Source: Actinomycetota bacterium (GTDB lineage Bacteria > Actinomycetota > Acidimicrobiia > Acidimicrobiales > SZUA-35). Taken from it: DNA of 64,000 bases. The position numbers and the translations under genes are program-made. Where the stretch lies: the NCBI GenBank assembly GCA_039195375.1, contig JBCCVL010000002.1, positions 16,078 through 80,077 on the forward strand, written 5' to 3'. Position 1 is the stretch's first letter; each line of letters begins with the position of its first letter. Shown piece by piece: positions 31,452-41,963 of the stretch. Below the pieces are notes generated by a model that saw only the letters and a list, made by a program, of their open reading frames with translations, was not told where the DNA came from and searched no databases.

Positions 31452-33692
31452 CTACTTCCGCTGGCCGGGGACGACCCGATACACGTCGTAGACCCCGTCG
31501 ACCGCCCGAACGACCCGCATCACCGCCGACAGATGTGAGGGGTCGGCGATCTCGAAGTCGAAGGTCAGCTTGGCGATCCGCTCGTCCGACGTGGTCGACG
31601 ACGAGCCGATGATGTTGACGTGCTGGTCGGCCAGCGCCCGGGACACGTCGGCCAGGAGGTGGGGCCGGTCGTACGCCTTGAGCTCAACCGAGGCGACGAA
31701 GTGGTCGGCCTCGTACTCGTGGTCCCACTCGGCGTCGATCAGGCGGTCGTTCTGCGACACCGCAAGGGACACGGCGTTGGCACAGTCGGTCCGGTGGACC
31801 GAAACGCCGCGGCCACGGGTGACGAAGCCCATGATCTCGTCGCCCGGCACCGGGGTACAGCAGCGGGACAGGCGGACGAGCACGTCGTCGATGCCCTCGA
31901 TCCGGACACCGGCCGCGCCCGGGGGCTCCCGCCGGTGTGGTCGGACCGGGATGCCGTCCTCCCGGATCGGCGGCTCCGCCTCGTCGTTGTCGCCGTCCTT
32001 GAGCTTGAGAAGACGGCCGACCACGGTCTGGGGCGACACGTGGTGCTCCCCCATCGCCGCATACAGCGCATCGGCGTCGACGTAGTTGAGGTCCTCGGCC
32101 ACCTCCCGGATGGCATCACCGGGGGCCGGGCCCATGTCGGCCCAGCTGATCCCCTCCCGCTTGAGGGCCCGCTTGAGCTCGCTCTCGCCCGTGGCGATCG
32201 CGTCCTCCCGCCGCTCGCGGGAGAACCACTGCTTGATCTTGGATGCGGCCCGGTGGGAGGCGGCGAAGTTCAGCCAGTCCCGCGACGGACCGGCGCCGAC
32301 CACCTTCGAGGTGAAGATCTCGACGGTCTGCCCGGACTGGAGCGGCTCGGACAGCGACACGAGGCGACCGTCGACCTTCGCTCCGACGCAGCGGTGCCCG
32401 ACGTCGGTGTGGATGGCGTAGGCGAAGTCGATTGGCGTCGACCCGTTCGGCAGCGTCGTGACCTGCCCCTGTGGCGTGAAGACGAAGACCTCCTCCTCCT
32501 CGAGGTCGACCTTCAGGTTCTGCATGAACTCCGTCGGGTCGGAGGTCTCCTTCTCCCAGTCGATGATCCGGGTCAGCCACGGCAGGTCGATTGCGGCCGA
32601 GGCATCGTCACGATCCTTGTAGAGGTAGTGGGCGGCGACGCCGCTCTCGGCCCGCTCGTGCATCTCCCGGGTCCGGATCTGGACCTCGATCGACTTGCCC
32701 TGTGGGCCCACCACCGTCGTGTGCAGCGACTGGTAGAGGTTGAACTTCGGCATGGCCACGTAGTCCTTGAACCGGCCCTGCACCGGTTTCCACGTGGCAT
32801 GGATCGACCCGAGGGCGGCGTAGCAGTCGCGGACGCTGTCGACGATGACCCGGATCCCGACCAGGTCGTTGATCTCGTCGAACGCCTTGTCCTTGAGCTG
32901 CATCTTCTCGTAGATCGAGTAGAGGTGCTTCTCCCGACCGATCACCTCGGCCTCGATGCCGAGCTCGTCGACCCTGGCCCGGACGTCCTCGAGCACCTGG
33001 GTCAGGTACGTCTCCCGCTCGGGGGCCCGCTCGGTGACCATGTGCTCGATCTCGGCGTAGCGCTTCGGGTGGAGCGCGGCGAAGCTGAGGTCCTCCAGCT
33101 GCTGCTTGAGCTCCTGCATGCCGAGCCGGTGAGCCAGCGGGGCGTAGACCTGGAGGGTCTCCAGTGCGCCGCGCTCCCGCTTCCAGTCTGGCATGGCCGC
33201 GATCGTGCGGAGGTTGTGCAGGCGATCGGCGAGCTTGACGATGAGGACCCGGATGTCCTTCGACATCGAGATCAGCATCTTCCGCATCGTCGCCGACTGC
33301 TGGGCCTCCTTGTTGTCGAACCGCAGCCGATCGAGCTTGGTCACGCCGTCGACGATCGTGGCCACCTCGTGACCGAAGGCCCGGCGGATGTCCTCCAGCT
33401 CGATCCTCGTGTCCTCGACCGCGTCGTGCAGCAGGGCGGCGGCGATGGCCACTTCGTCCATCCCGTAGCCGGCCACGATCCGGGCCACGGCGAGCGGATG
33501 GACGATGTAGGGCTCGCCCGACTTGCGGCGCTGCTCGGCGTGGGCCCTGGCCGCCATCCGGTAGGCCCGGGTGACGACCTCGACCCGCCGGTCCCGCTCG
33601 GGCCCGACGAAGTGCTCGACCAGCGGCTCGATCTGGGCGCCGATGGTGCGCCGCTTGCGACGCCAGGGAAGGACCCGTTCAACGGTTACCAC
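31452..33692 (-). CDS. relA: Bifunctional (p)ppGpp synthetase/hydrolase Rel
   Basis: GEPYIVHP, LLHDAVED (HD), YQSLHTTV, TGS DFAYAIHT, CCTPVPGD, ACT domain; candidate -10 TATACT at 33768-33773. Confidence 0.97.
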   Translation of the reverse strand: MVTVERVLPWRRKRRTIGAQIEPLVEHFVGPERDRRVEVVTRAYRMAARAHAEQRRKSGEPYIVHPLAVARIVAGYGMDEVAIAAALLHDAVEDTRIELEDIRRAFGHEVATIVDGVTKLDRLRFDNKEAQQSATMRKMLISMSKDIRVLIVKLADRLHNLRTIAAMPDWKRERGALETLQVYAPLAHRLGMQELKQQLEDLSFAALHPKRYAEIEHMVTERAPERETYLTQVLEDVRARVDELGIEAEVIGREKHLYSIYEKMQLKDKAFDEINDLVGIRVIVDSVRDCYAALGSIHATWKPVQGRFKDYVAMPKFNLYQSLHTTVVGPQGKSIEVQIRTREMHERAESGVAAHYLYKDRDDASAAIDLPWLTRIIDWEKETSDPTEFMQNLKVDLEEEEVFVFTPQGQVTTLPNGSTPIDFAYAIHTDVGHRCVGAKVDGRLVSLSEPLQSGQTVEIFTSKVVGAGPSRDWLNFAASHRAASKIKQWFSRERREDAIATGESELKRALKREGISWADMGPAPGDAIREVAEDLNYVDADALYAAMGEHHVSPQTVVGRLLKLKDGDNDEAEPPIREDGIPVRPHRREPPGAAGVRIEGIDDVLVRLSRCCTPVPGDEIMGFVTRGRGVSVHRTDCANAVSLAVSQNDRLIDAEWDHEYEADHFVASVELKAYDRPHLLADVSRALADQHVNIIGSSSTTSDERIAKLTFDFEIADPSHLSAVMRVVRAVDGVYDVYRVVPGQRK

Positions 33693-33848
33693 GTTGCAGC
33701 TTCACTCCGAGGGGTGGACGATCGCCCCGGGCCGATGATCACCGACGCCGGCCGCCGAGAACTCCCCAGTATACCAACGACCGCCCACCCGAATCCCGCC
33801 GGAGCGGGCTGGCCTGCCGCTATCGGCACGTAGCCGGACGGCCCTGGG

Positions 33849-35003
33849 TCAGTTCCGCTTGCCCTTCTTGCGGCCCCGCGGGGCACTCCCGCCCGGGCTG
33901 ACGAGCGTGGCGTCGCGATCTTCGATGAACCGGGCCGAGCGCTCGTCGGTCCCGCCGGAACGGGCCTGGCGCTTCGCCTCGATCTCGGCCGCCCGCCTGG
34001 CCTCGGGCCGGATCGCCCGCAGCCACACCAGGATCGGGGCGGCCACGAAGATCGACGAGTACGTACCGAGGATCAGGCCGATGAACAGGGCAAGGGCGAA
34101 GCCGCGGATCGAGGTGCCGCCGAGCAGCACCCCGCCGATCAACAGCATCGACAGCACGGGCAGGACCGTGGTGATCGTGGTGTTGATCGACCGCATCAGG
34201 ACCTGGTTCATCGACTGGTTGATCAGGTCGCCGTCGTCGAGCTTTGCCCCGACCGGGCCCGACTGGTTCTCGAGCACCTTGTCGAACACCACCACGGTGT
34301 CGTACAGCGAGTAGCCGAGGATCGTCAGCAGGGCGATGACCGTGGCCGGGCTCACCTCGAACCCGAACAGGGAGTAGACCCCTGCCGTGATCAACAGGTC
34401 GTGGACCACCGCAGCCAGCGCGCCGATCGCCATTCGCCACTCCAGCCGCCAGGCCAGATAGGCGGCAACGGCAACGAAGAACCAGGCCAGCGCGGCCAGC
34501 GCCTGTCTGGTGATCTGCTCGCCCCAGGTCGGGCCGATCGTCGAGGTGGCCACCTCGTCGGCGTCGACCCCGGCCAGGTCGGCCAGCTCCTGGGCGATGA
34601 GGCTGCTGTCGTCGAGCGCCTCGGTGCCGGCCTCGACCCGCAGGAGGCGGCCGCTCTCGGCCCCCCGGACGACCTGGATGCGGGCTTCGTCGGCCGAGCT
34701 CGGGAGCACGGCGCGGGCATCGGCGACCGACACCTCGTCTGACACCGGGACCTCCCAGACGCCACCGCCGTCGAAGTCGATGCTGAGGTTGAGCCAGCGG
34801 GTCGACAGCAGCACGACCGAGCCGACCAGCAGCACCGCCGAGACGGTCAGCGCGATGCGCCACTTCGGCCGGAAGTCGATGGCGGCCCGTCCGGCGAAGA
34901 TCGACCGCATGGTGGCCACGAACCCGCCGGACGTGACCAGCTGGTCGTCCACAAGCGCGTCGGTCGCCTGATCGTCGGTCACCTGATCATCGGTGTCACT
35001 CAC
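33849..35003 (-). CDS. secF: Protein translocase subunit SecF
   Basis: SIDFDGG, GYSLYDTVVVFDK, RSINT, GTYSSIFVA. Confidence 0.96.
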   Translation of the reverse strand: MSDTDDQVTDDQATDALVDDQLVTSGGFVATMRSIFAGRAAIDFRPKWRIALTVSAVLLVGSVVLLSTRWLNLSIDFDGGGVWEVPVSDEVSVADARAVLPSSADEARIQVVRGAESGRLLRVEAGTEALDDSSLIAQELADLAGVDADEVATSTIGPTWGEQITRQALAALAWFFVAVAAYLAWRLEWRMAIGALAAVVHDLLITAGVYSLFGFEVSPATVIALLTILGYSLYDTVVVFDKVLENQSGPVGAKLDDGDLINQSMNQVLMRSINTTITTVLPVLSMLLIGGVLLGGTSIRGFALALFIGLILGTYSSIFVAAPILVWLRAIRPEARRAAEIEAKRQARSGGTDERSARFIEDRDATLVSPGGSAPRGRKKGKRN

Positions 35004-36850
35004 GACTCACCTCCGGTGGCGACGCCGGCCAATCGGCCGGCTTTGTTGGCCGAGCCCTGGGTCGGCGGCAGCCCGAGCAACCTCGGGTTCTCCTCGACCG
35101 CCTGTCGACGGGCAAGCCAACCGAGCGCCGGGCGCATGAAGAACCACGAGATGATGAGGTCGAGGATCGTGGCCAGCCCGAGGTAGAAGGCGAAGCCGCG
35201 AACGGCGCCGACCGTCAGCAGATACAGGAGCACCGCGGCGATGAGGCTGACCACGTCGGCCTTCACGATCGTCGAGATCGCCGACTCGTAGGCCCGCTCG
35301 ATGGCGGTCGGGACCCGGCGGCCGGATCGGTACGACTCCTTGACGTTCTCGAAGTAGACGATGTTGGAGTCGGCCGACACGCCGATGGCCACGATGAGGC
35401 CGACAACGCCGGCCAACGTGAGCGCCAACCCGAACGTGGCCCCGAAGAAGGCGACGATCGTCCACAGCAGCGCCGCAGACAGCACCAGGCCCGAGATGGC
35501 GACGAGGCCGGCGAGCCGGTAGTAGGCCAGGAGGTAGACGGCCACGAGCACGAGTCCGATGAGGCCGGCGATGACACCCGACCGGAGCACGTCCTGACCG
35601 ATGCTGGCCGACACCGTGCGGGTCTCCTGGGCCACCAGTTCGAGGGGAAGCGAGCCGAACCGCAGGGCCTCGGCCAGGCGGCGGGCCTCCTCCTCCTCGA
35701 AGTCGCCCGAGATCGTGATCTGGTCGCGGGAGAACCGCCCGACCTGGATCACCGGGGCCGAGATGACCTCGTGGTCGAGCACCACGGCGAGCTGGCGGGT
35801 CGGGCAGGTGTCGGGCGAGCCGAGGAAGCACACCGCGGCGACGGCGTTGAACTTGTCGATGCCGTCCGGGCCCGGCCGGAGGGTCGGGTTGACCTGCCAG
35901 CCGATGCCCGCACCGAGGCCGACGTCGGCCGATTCGACCATGTCGCCGGTGAGGAGCTGACCGTCGAGCTCCGCCGGGCCGAGGCAGTAGCGGATCCCGT
36001 CCCGATCCTCGAGGACGACGACCTCGTCGATGACGTCCTCGGTGTCGGGGGTGATCTCGCCGGTCAGGCAGTTGGTCAGCACCCCGAGGTCCGCCGGGTC
36101 GGCCAGCGGCACGTCGCCGGTGTCGGTCCCGTCGCCTTCCGTCCCGTCGCCGGTGGCGGGGTCATCGGTGGTTGCGTCATCGGACGTCGCATCGGTGGTC
36201 GTGGCGTCGTCGGCGGCCGCATCTCCGGCGGTCGTCGTCGTGCTCTGGGCGGCGAACACCGGCCCGAACCGTCCCCCGCCGGCGAGGGACTCCTCGTCAT
36301 CGCCGGCTCCACCGTCGGTGTCGGCCTCGTCGTCGCCATCGCCGGAGTCGGCCGGGGCCTCGGTGGTGATCGGTGACTCGCTGACCGTGCCCTCGTCCTC
36401 GACGCCGTCGGCATCGGCATCGGCATCGGCGTCGGCCGGGGCGGCGTTCGGATCGAGCGCCGGGCCGAGCACCAGCAGGACGGGCCGGAACCGGAGCTCG
36501 GCGGTCTGGCGGAGGCGATCGAGCGCCTCCTCCTGGTCCTCGACCAGGCCGGGGAGTGCGACCACGATGTTGTCGCCCTGCCGGGAGATCTCGGGTTCGG
36601 CCACACCGATCTGGTCGATGCGGCCACGGAGCAGTTCGACGGTCAGGTCGAGCGCCTCGTCGGTGACCTCACGGCCAGCACCCTGGCCGTCCTGGCCGTC
36701 GGCCGAACCGGTCGGCTCCAACACCACCGACACCCCGCCCTGCAGGTCGAGGCCGAGCAGTGGCTGGTTGCCGGCCAGCACCGTGAACAGGATGCCGAGC
36801 ACGGCCACCACGACCACGGCCAGGGCCGAGACCTTCTGGCTGGTTGGCAT
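35000..36850 (-). CDS. secD: Protein translocase subunit SecD
   Basis: LGLDLQGG, FGSLPL, GVSADSNIVYFE, VRGFA; long acidic insertion. Confidence 0.96.
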   Translation of the reverse strand: MPTSQKVSALAVVVVAVLGILFTVLAGNQPLLGLDLQGGVSVVLEPTGSADGQDGQGAGREVTDEALDLTVELLRGRIDQIGVAEPEISRQGDNIVVALPGLVEDQEEALDRLRQTAELRFRPVLLVLGPALDPNAAPADADADADADGVEDEGTVSESPITTEAPADSGDGDDEADTDGGAGDDEESLAGGGRFGPVFAAQSTTTTAGDAAADDATTTDATSDDATTDDPATGDGTEGDGTDTGDVPLADPADLGVLTNCLTGEITPDTEDVIDEVVVLEDRDGIRYCLGPAELDGQLLTGDMVESADVGLGAGIGWQVNPTLRPGPDGIDKFNAVAAVCFLGSPDTCPTRQLAVVLDHEVISAPVIQVGRFSRDQITISGDFEEEEARRLAEALRFGSLPLELVAQETRTVSASIGQDVLRSGVIAGLIGLVLVAVYLLAYYRLAGLVAISGLVLSAALLWTIVAFFGATFGLALTLAGVVGLIVAIGVSADSNIVYFENVKESYRSGRRVPTAIERAYESAISTIVKADVVSLIAAVLLYLLTVGAVRGFAFYLGLATILDLIISWFFMRPALGWLARRQAVEENPRLLGLPPTQGSANKAGRLAGVATGGES

Positions 36851-36851
36851 G

Positions 36852-37127
36852 TCAGTCGTCCCCGCTCTCGTCCTCGACGGGTTCGGCGATCTTGTTGGCC
36901 ACGGACGCCTTGGACAGCTTCAGCTCGACACCATCGGCCACCTCGAGCCACACGATGTCACCGTCGACCGCGGCGACGAAGCCGTACACACCGGCATTGG
37001 TCATGACCTCGTCGCCCTCCTCGAGCGAGGCGAGGAGCGTCCGGTGCTCGCGGTTGCGTCGCTGCTGGGGCAGGATCAGCACGACGTACATCAGCACGCC
37101 GACGACGATGAGTGGGATGAACTCCAT
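36852..37127 (-). CDS. yajC: Preprotein translocase subunit YajC
   Basis: TM segment, PQQRR, GDEVMTNAGVYG; GGAGG SD. Confidence 0.94.
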   Translation of the reverse strand: MEFIPLIVVGVLMYVVLILPQQRRNREHRTLLASLEEGDEVMTNAGVYGFVAAVDGDIVWLEVADGVELKLSKASVANKIAEPVEDESGDD

Positions 37128-37343
37128 GGTCTACCTCCAGCCTCGTGACGCTAGCGGGATCGACGCGGCGCGCCTCGCTTGCGGTTCCGGCCGCCGACCG
37201 AGGGGGTGGGACCCGGCACGGACGACGCCTCCACGTTCCACACCGGTCTAGCGGGTCCGCCGCCCGATCCGGCGGCGGGCGGCGGTCCTGTCACCGGTTC
37301 GGAGCATCCCGGGGGCCGGTTCGGGCCCCGCTCCACGTACCGG

Positions 37344-38477
37344 TCAGCCAGACGGTGGCTCCTCGCCCGGTGCCCAGATCGACCAGATCTCGGCCCGGAG
37401 GGCGCCGAAACGACCCTCGACGACGGCCGTTCGCATCCGGGCGGTCAGATCGGCCAGCCACGCCAGGTTGTGCAGCGTGATGATGCGCCCGGCGGTCGGC
37501 TCGTTGGTCTGGAGCAGGTGGCGGAGGTAGGCCCGCGAGTAGCGCTGCGAGAGCGGGTGCCGGAAGCCGGGGTCGATCGGGGCGTCGTCACGGGCGAAGC
37601 GGAGGTTGCGCAGGTTGAGCCGTCCCTCGGAGGTCAGGGCCGTACCGTGGCGGGCGAGGCGGGTCGGGAGTACGCAGTCGAACATGTCGATGCCGTTGTG
37701 GACCGCCTCGACGAGCCCGACCGGGTCGCCGAGTCCCATGAAGTACCTGGGCCGATCGGCGGGGAGCACCGTCGTCGCCGCCCGGAGGGCGGGGACCATG
37801 TCGTCACGGCTCTCGCCGACCGAGAGCCCGCCGACGGCGTAGCCATCGAAGCCGATGGCCACGGTCCGCTCGGCCGACTCGACCCGGAGATCGGGGTCGA
37901 CGCCGCCCTGGACGATCCCGAACTGGGCCTGGTCCGCTCGACCGTGGGCGGCCTTCGACCGCTCGGCCCAGCGCACGGTCAGGTCGAGGTCATGGCGGAG
38001 TTGCTCCGGTGTGGCCGGGAGTGCCGTGCACACGTCGAGGACCATGGCGATGTCGGCGCCGAGCAGTTCCTGGACGGCCACCGACCGCTCCGGCGAGAGC
38101 TCGACGTACGAGCCGTCGTAGACCGACCGGAACGTCGCCCCGTCCTCGGTCACCTTTGGTTCGAGGGAGAACACCTGGTAGCCCCCCGAATCGGTGAGCA
38201 CGTGACCTGGCCAGTCCATGAAGGCGTGGAGACCCCCCATCTCACCGATCAGCTCGGCCCCGGGGCGCTCCATCAGGTGGTAGGTGTTGCCGAGCACGAT
38301 CGGAGGACCGAGCCGCTCCAGATCGTCGGTGTCGAGCGTCTTCACCGCCGCCCGGGTGCCGACCGGCATGAAGACCGGCGTCGGGACGGCGCCCCGGCCG
38401 GTGGTCATGACCCCGGCCCTGGCCCGACCGTCGGTCGCCTCGACCGTCATCGTCAGCGGGCTCACCCGATCCATCAC
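37344..38477 (-). CDS. tgt: tRNA-guanine transglycosylase (preQ1-type residues)
   Basis: TPVFMPVGT, TDSGGYQVFSL, LDVC, GGLSVGE, DMFDCVLPTR. Confidence 0.97.
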   Translation of the reverse strand: MMDRVSPLTMTVEATDGRARAGVMTTGRGAVPTPVFMPVGTRAAVKTLDTDDLERLGPPIVLGNTYHLMERPGAELIGEMGGLHAFMDWPGHVLTDSGGYQVFSLEPKVTEDGATFRSVYDGSYVELSPERSVAVQELLGADIAMVLDVCTALPATPEQLRHDLDLTVRWAERSKAAHGRADQAQFGIVQGGVDPDLRVESAERTVAIGFDGYAVGGLSVGESRDDMVPALRAATTVLPADRPRYFMGLGDPVGLVEAVHNGIDMFDCVLPTRLARHGTALTSEGRLNLRNLRFARDDAPIDPGFRHPLSQRYSRAYLRHLLQTNEPTAGRIITLHNLAWLADLTARMRTAVVEGRFGALRAEIWSIWAPGEEPPSG

Positions 38478-38535
38478 CCGGTCCTACCGCCCTCCGTGGT
38501 CGTTCGCCAACCCCGAGCGCACCCGGGGGTGGCGA

Positions 38536-39576
38536 TCACGGCGACCGTTCGAGCAGCATGGCGTCGCCGAACGACAGGAACCGATAGCCCTCGACGAGCG
38601 CCTCGTCGTAGATCGAGCGCCACCGGTCGCCGACGAACGCGTCGACGAGGACGAGCAGCGATGAGCGGGGGACGTGGAAGTTCGTCAACAGCGCGTCGAC
38701 CACCTGCCAGCGGAACCCGCGGTGGATGAACAGCGACGTCTCACCGTCGAGCCGGCCGGTCGCCGCGGCCGACTCCAGCGTCCGGACGACGGTGGTACCG
38801 ACGGCAACGACCCGGCGGGCAGCCCGGATCCGTTCCCAGACGTCGGCGGCGACCACGTACCGCTCGGCGTGCATTTCGTGGTCGGCCACCCGATCGGCGG
38901 TGATCGGCCGGAACGTCCCGAGCCCGACCTGCAGCTCGACCCGCTCGATCGTGGCCCCGGTCGCCCGTATGCGGTCGAGCAGCGCATCGGTCAGGTGCAG
39001 GCCGGCGGTCGGCGCTGCGACCGAGCCGGGCTGGCGGGCGAAGACCGTCTGGTAGCGCTCGGGGTCGGCCAGCGGGGCGGTGATGTAGGGCGGGAGCGGC
39101 ACCTGCCCGGCCCGCTCGACGGCGTCGGGGGCGACGTCGACGAGGCGTCGCCCGTCGCCCCGCTCGTCCGGCCCGGCTCCGCCGTCGACCGCCACCGGCG
39201 GGCCGACGGTGACGAGCGGCTCGCTGTCGAGGTGGAGCACCGTGCCGGGCGGCAGGCGGCGTCCCGGCCGGACCAGGGCCTCCCACCGGTCCTGGGTCGG
39301 CGTCGGTCGGAGCAGCAGCACCTCGGCCCTGCCGCCGGTCGCCTTGGTCAGCAGCAGCCGTGCGGCCAGCACCCGGGTGTCGTTGAGCACGACGACGTCG
39401 CCTTGGCCGACGAACGAGTCGAGATCGGCCACCGTGTGATGTCGGACCGGTGTCGTGCCATCACCGGCCACCAGGAGGCGGGCCGAGTCGCGGGGCTCGA
39501 CCGGGTGTTGGGCGATCGCTTCGTCGGGCAGGTCGTAGTCGAAGTCGTCGACCGCCGCCGAGTTCTCGCTGGTCAT
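38536..39576 (-). CDS. queA: S-adenosylmethionine:tRNA ribosyltransferase-isomerase
   Basis: DFDYDLP, PLPPYI, GSVAAPTAGLH, AVGTT, TNFH, SFGDAM. Confidence 0.97.
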   Translation of the reverse strand: MTSENSAAVDDFDYDLPDEAIAQHPVEPRDSARLLVAGDGTTPVRHHTVADLDSFVGQGDVVVLNDTRVLAARLLLTKATGGRAEVLLLRPTPTQDRWEALVRPGRRLPPGTVLHLDSEPLVTVGPPVAVDGGAGPDERGDGRRLVDVAPDAVERAGQVPLPPYITAPLADPERYQTVFARQPGSVAAPTAGLHLTDALLDRIRATGATIERVELQVGLGTFRPITADRVADHEMHAERYVVAADVWERIRAARRVVAVGTTVVRTLESAAATGRLDGETSLFIHRGFRWQVVDALLTNFHVPRSSLLVLVDAFVGDRWRSIYDEALVEGYRFLSFGDAMLLERSP

Positions 39577-39584
39577 CGGCGCCT

Positions 39585-40679
39585 TCAGTCGAACAGCGTG
39601 GTGACGTCGGGGCTCTCGGTGGCCTCGACCGGCACCTGGAGCCCGAGGTGCTGCCAGGCCGCGGCGGTGGCCACCCGACCACGGGGGGTGCGCATCAGCA
39701 GGCCCTGCTGGATGAGGAACGGCTCGATGACCTCCTCGACGGTCTCGGTCGGCTCGCCGACGCTGATGGCCAGCGTCGACAGCCCGACCGGGCCCCCGCC
39801 GAAGCGCTCGCAGAGGTTCGAGAGCAGGATCCGGTCGACCTTGTCGAGGCCGCGTTCGTCGACCCCGAACAGGGCGAGGCCGTCGGCTGCGGCCTCCCGG
39901 TCGACGGTGCCGTCACCCTTGACCTCGGCGTAGTCGCGGACCCGGCGGAGCAGGCGGTTGGCGATCCGGGGCGTCCCGCGGCTGCGGGTGGCGATCTCGC
40001 TCGCCCCGTCGTGGCTGATCTCGATCCCGAGCACCTCGCCGGCCCGGAGGACGATCTGCTCCAGATCGCCAGGGCCGTAGTAGTCGAGCCGGAAGTTGAA
40101 CCCGAACCGGTCGCGCAGCGGGCCGGTGATCAGGCCGGTGCGGGTGGTGGCCCCGACGAGGGTGAACGGCTCCAGGTCGAACCGGATCGAGCGGGCGGCC
40201 GGCCCCTTGCCGAGCAGCACGTCGAGCTGCAGGTCCTCCATCGCCGGGTAGAGGACCTCCTCGACGACCCTGGGGAGCCGGTGGATCTCGTCGATGAACA
40301 GGACGTCACCCGATTCGATCTTGGTCAGGATGGCGGCCAGGTCGGCGGCCCGGACGATGGCCGGACCCGATGTGATGTGGAGGTGCGCCCCCATCTCGTT
40401 GGCCACGATCCCGGCCAGGGTGGTCTTGCCGAGCCCCGGCGGTCCGGCGAACAGCAGGTGGTCGGCGGCCTGGCCACGGCCCCTCGCCGCCTCGACGATC
40501 ACCCCGAGGCGGTCCTTCAGCTCCTGCTGGCCGACGAACTCGTCAAGGCTCCGGGGGCGCAGCCCTCGTTCGTCGCCCCCGGAGCGGAGTGCGATCTCGG
40601 CGTCGCCGGCCCCGTCGCCGTGCGCCCCTGCCCACTCCTCGGGGGTCGGGTTCGGATCGAGCAGTTCGTCTCGGGGCAT
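39585..40679 (-). CDS. ruvB: Holliday junction helicase RuvB
   Basis: [31 protein letters not shown]. Confidence 0.98.
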   Translation of the reverse strand: MPRDELLDPNPTPEEWAGAHGDGAGDAEIALRSGGDERGLRPRSLDEFVGQQELKDRLGVIVEAARGRGQAADHLLFAGPPGLGKTTLAGIVANEMGAHLHITSGPAIVRAADLAAILTKIESGDVLFIDEIHRLPRVVEEVLYPAMEDLQLDVLLGKGPAARSIRFDLEPFTLVGATTRTGLITGPLRDRFGFNFRLDYYGPGDLEQIVLRAGEVLGIEISHDGASEIATRSRGTPRIANRLLRRVRDYAEVKGDGTVDREAAADGLALFGVDERGLDKVDRILLSNLCERFGGGPVGLSTLAISVGEPTETVEEVIEPFLIQQGLLMRTPRGRVATAAAWQHLGLQVPVEATESPDVTTLFD

Positions 40680-40703
40680 CGTGGCAGCCGTCTCGTCGTC
40701 GCC

Positions 40704-41351
40704 TCAGCCGCTGGCCAGGCTGAGGATGGCCAGCTTCAACAGCTGACCACTGTCGGTGGTGGACGGGTCGACCTCCCCGAGACCGGCGACGGCCCGCCGG
40801 ATCTCCTCGGTCGAGTAGCCGAGGTTGGCCATCGCCTCCCGGACGTCGACGAGGCCGGTGGCACCATCGGGGTCCGGATCGATCGCTCCCCCTGCGGTCA
40901 GGTCGATGGCCGTGCCGCCCTCCAGGACCGGCAGCACGAGCGTCGATCGGAGGTCGACCAGGATCTGTTGGGCCGTCTTCTTCCCGACGCCGGGCACCTC
41001 GCAGAGCGCGGCCAGGTCGTCCTCGGCCAGGATGCGGGCGAGCTGCTCGACCGGGTGCGTGGCCAGCACCGCCAACGCCAGGTTTGGGCCGACCTTGTGG
41101 GCGCCGAGCAGTCCCTCGAACGCCACTCGCTCGGTGCGGGTGCGGAAGCCGAAGAGCTTCTGGTCGGCCTCCCAGAAGTGGTGGTGGATGTGGAGCAGGA
41201 CCGGCTCGTCTGCCGGCAGCCGCGACAGGGTGGCCGCCGTGACCGTCACCCGGTACCCGACGCCGCCGACCTCGACGACGATCTCCGCCCCGGCCGCCCG
41301 CTCGAGCACCGGCTCCCGGTCGATCACCACGCCCCGGAGCGAGCCGATCAC
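40704..41351 (-). CDS. ruvA: Holliday junction binding protein RuvA
   Basis: MIGSLRG, GGVGY, VPGVGKKTA, LGY. Confidence 0.96.
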   Translation of the reverse strand: MIGSLRGVVIDREPVLERAAGAEIVVEVGGVGYRVTVTAATLSRLPADEPVLLHIHHHFWEADQKLFGFRTRTERVAFEGLLGAHKVGPNLALAVLATHPVEQLARILAEDDLAALCEVPGVGKKTAQQILVDLRSTLVLPVLEGGTAIDLTAGGAIDPDPDGATGLVDVREAMANLGYSTEEIRRAVAGLGEVDPSTTDSGQLLKLAILSLASG

Positions 41352-41860
41352 GTTGGCACCCCGCTGGCCGAGCTCGCGGCCCGGAGGTGGGGGTCGTTGG
41401 CCAGGTGACAGAGGGCGAGCGCCGCGGCGTCGGCGGCGTCGGCCGGGCGGGGCATCTCCGCCAACCCGAGCAACAACTGCACCATCTCCTGGACCTGTCC
41501 CTTCGCCGCCTGACCGTCACCGGCCACCACCGACTTGACCTCAGACGGAGAGTACTGGACGACGGTCACCCCTCGGCGGGCGGCAAGGGCGAGCGCCAGC
41601 CCAGACGCCTGGGCGACGCCGACCGCCGTCCGCACGTTGTTCTGGAAGAAGATCCGCTCGACCGAGACCACGGCCGGGGTGAACTCGTCGAGCAGCTCAT
41701 CGAGATCGCGGTGGAGCTGGGCCAACCGCTCGGGCACCGGCAGGTCGGCTGCGGTCCGCAACACACCGAGTGCATGGGCCCGGCCCCGGCCACGGGGCGC
41801 CGGCTCGACCACGGCGTAACCGCAGCGCGACAGCCCCGGATCGACACCCAACACGAACAT
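41348..41860 (-). CDS. ruvC: Crossover junction endodeoxyribonuclease RuvC
   Basis: MFVLGVDPGLSRCGY, ERIFF, DAADAAALALCH; start moved to ATG 41860. Confidence 0.96.
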   Translation of the reverse strand: MFVLGVDPGLSRCGYAVVEPAPRGRGRAHALGVLRTAADLPVPERLAQLHRDLDELLDEFTPAVVSVERIFFQNNVRTAVGVAQASGLALALAARRGVTVVQYSPSEVKSVVAGDGQAAKGQVQEMVQLLLGLAEMPRPADAADAAALALCHLANDPHLRAASSASGVPT

Positions 41861-41963
41861 CCGTACGACCGTAGTCGGCCACGGACCGCTTGAGGAGGAC
41901 CCCGAGCGCGCCGATACCGCCTCGGTGAGCAGGTTCTCGATCGGCACCCGTCGCCGGGTGGCC

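Noticed and set aside
36100-36460. Acidic low-complexity insertion and ADADAD microsatellite in secD; similar short repeats in rarA and the pgsA tail (RARARA)
   Set aside because: In-frame linker expansions typical of actinobacterial proteins; repeat units are multiples of three, so they cannot cause phase variation.
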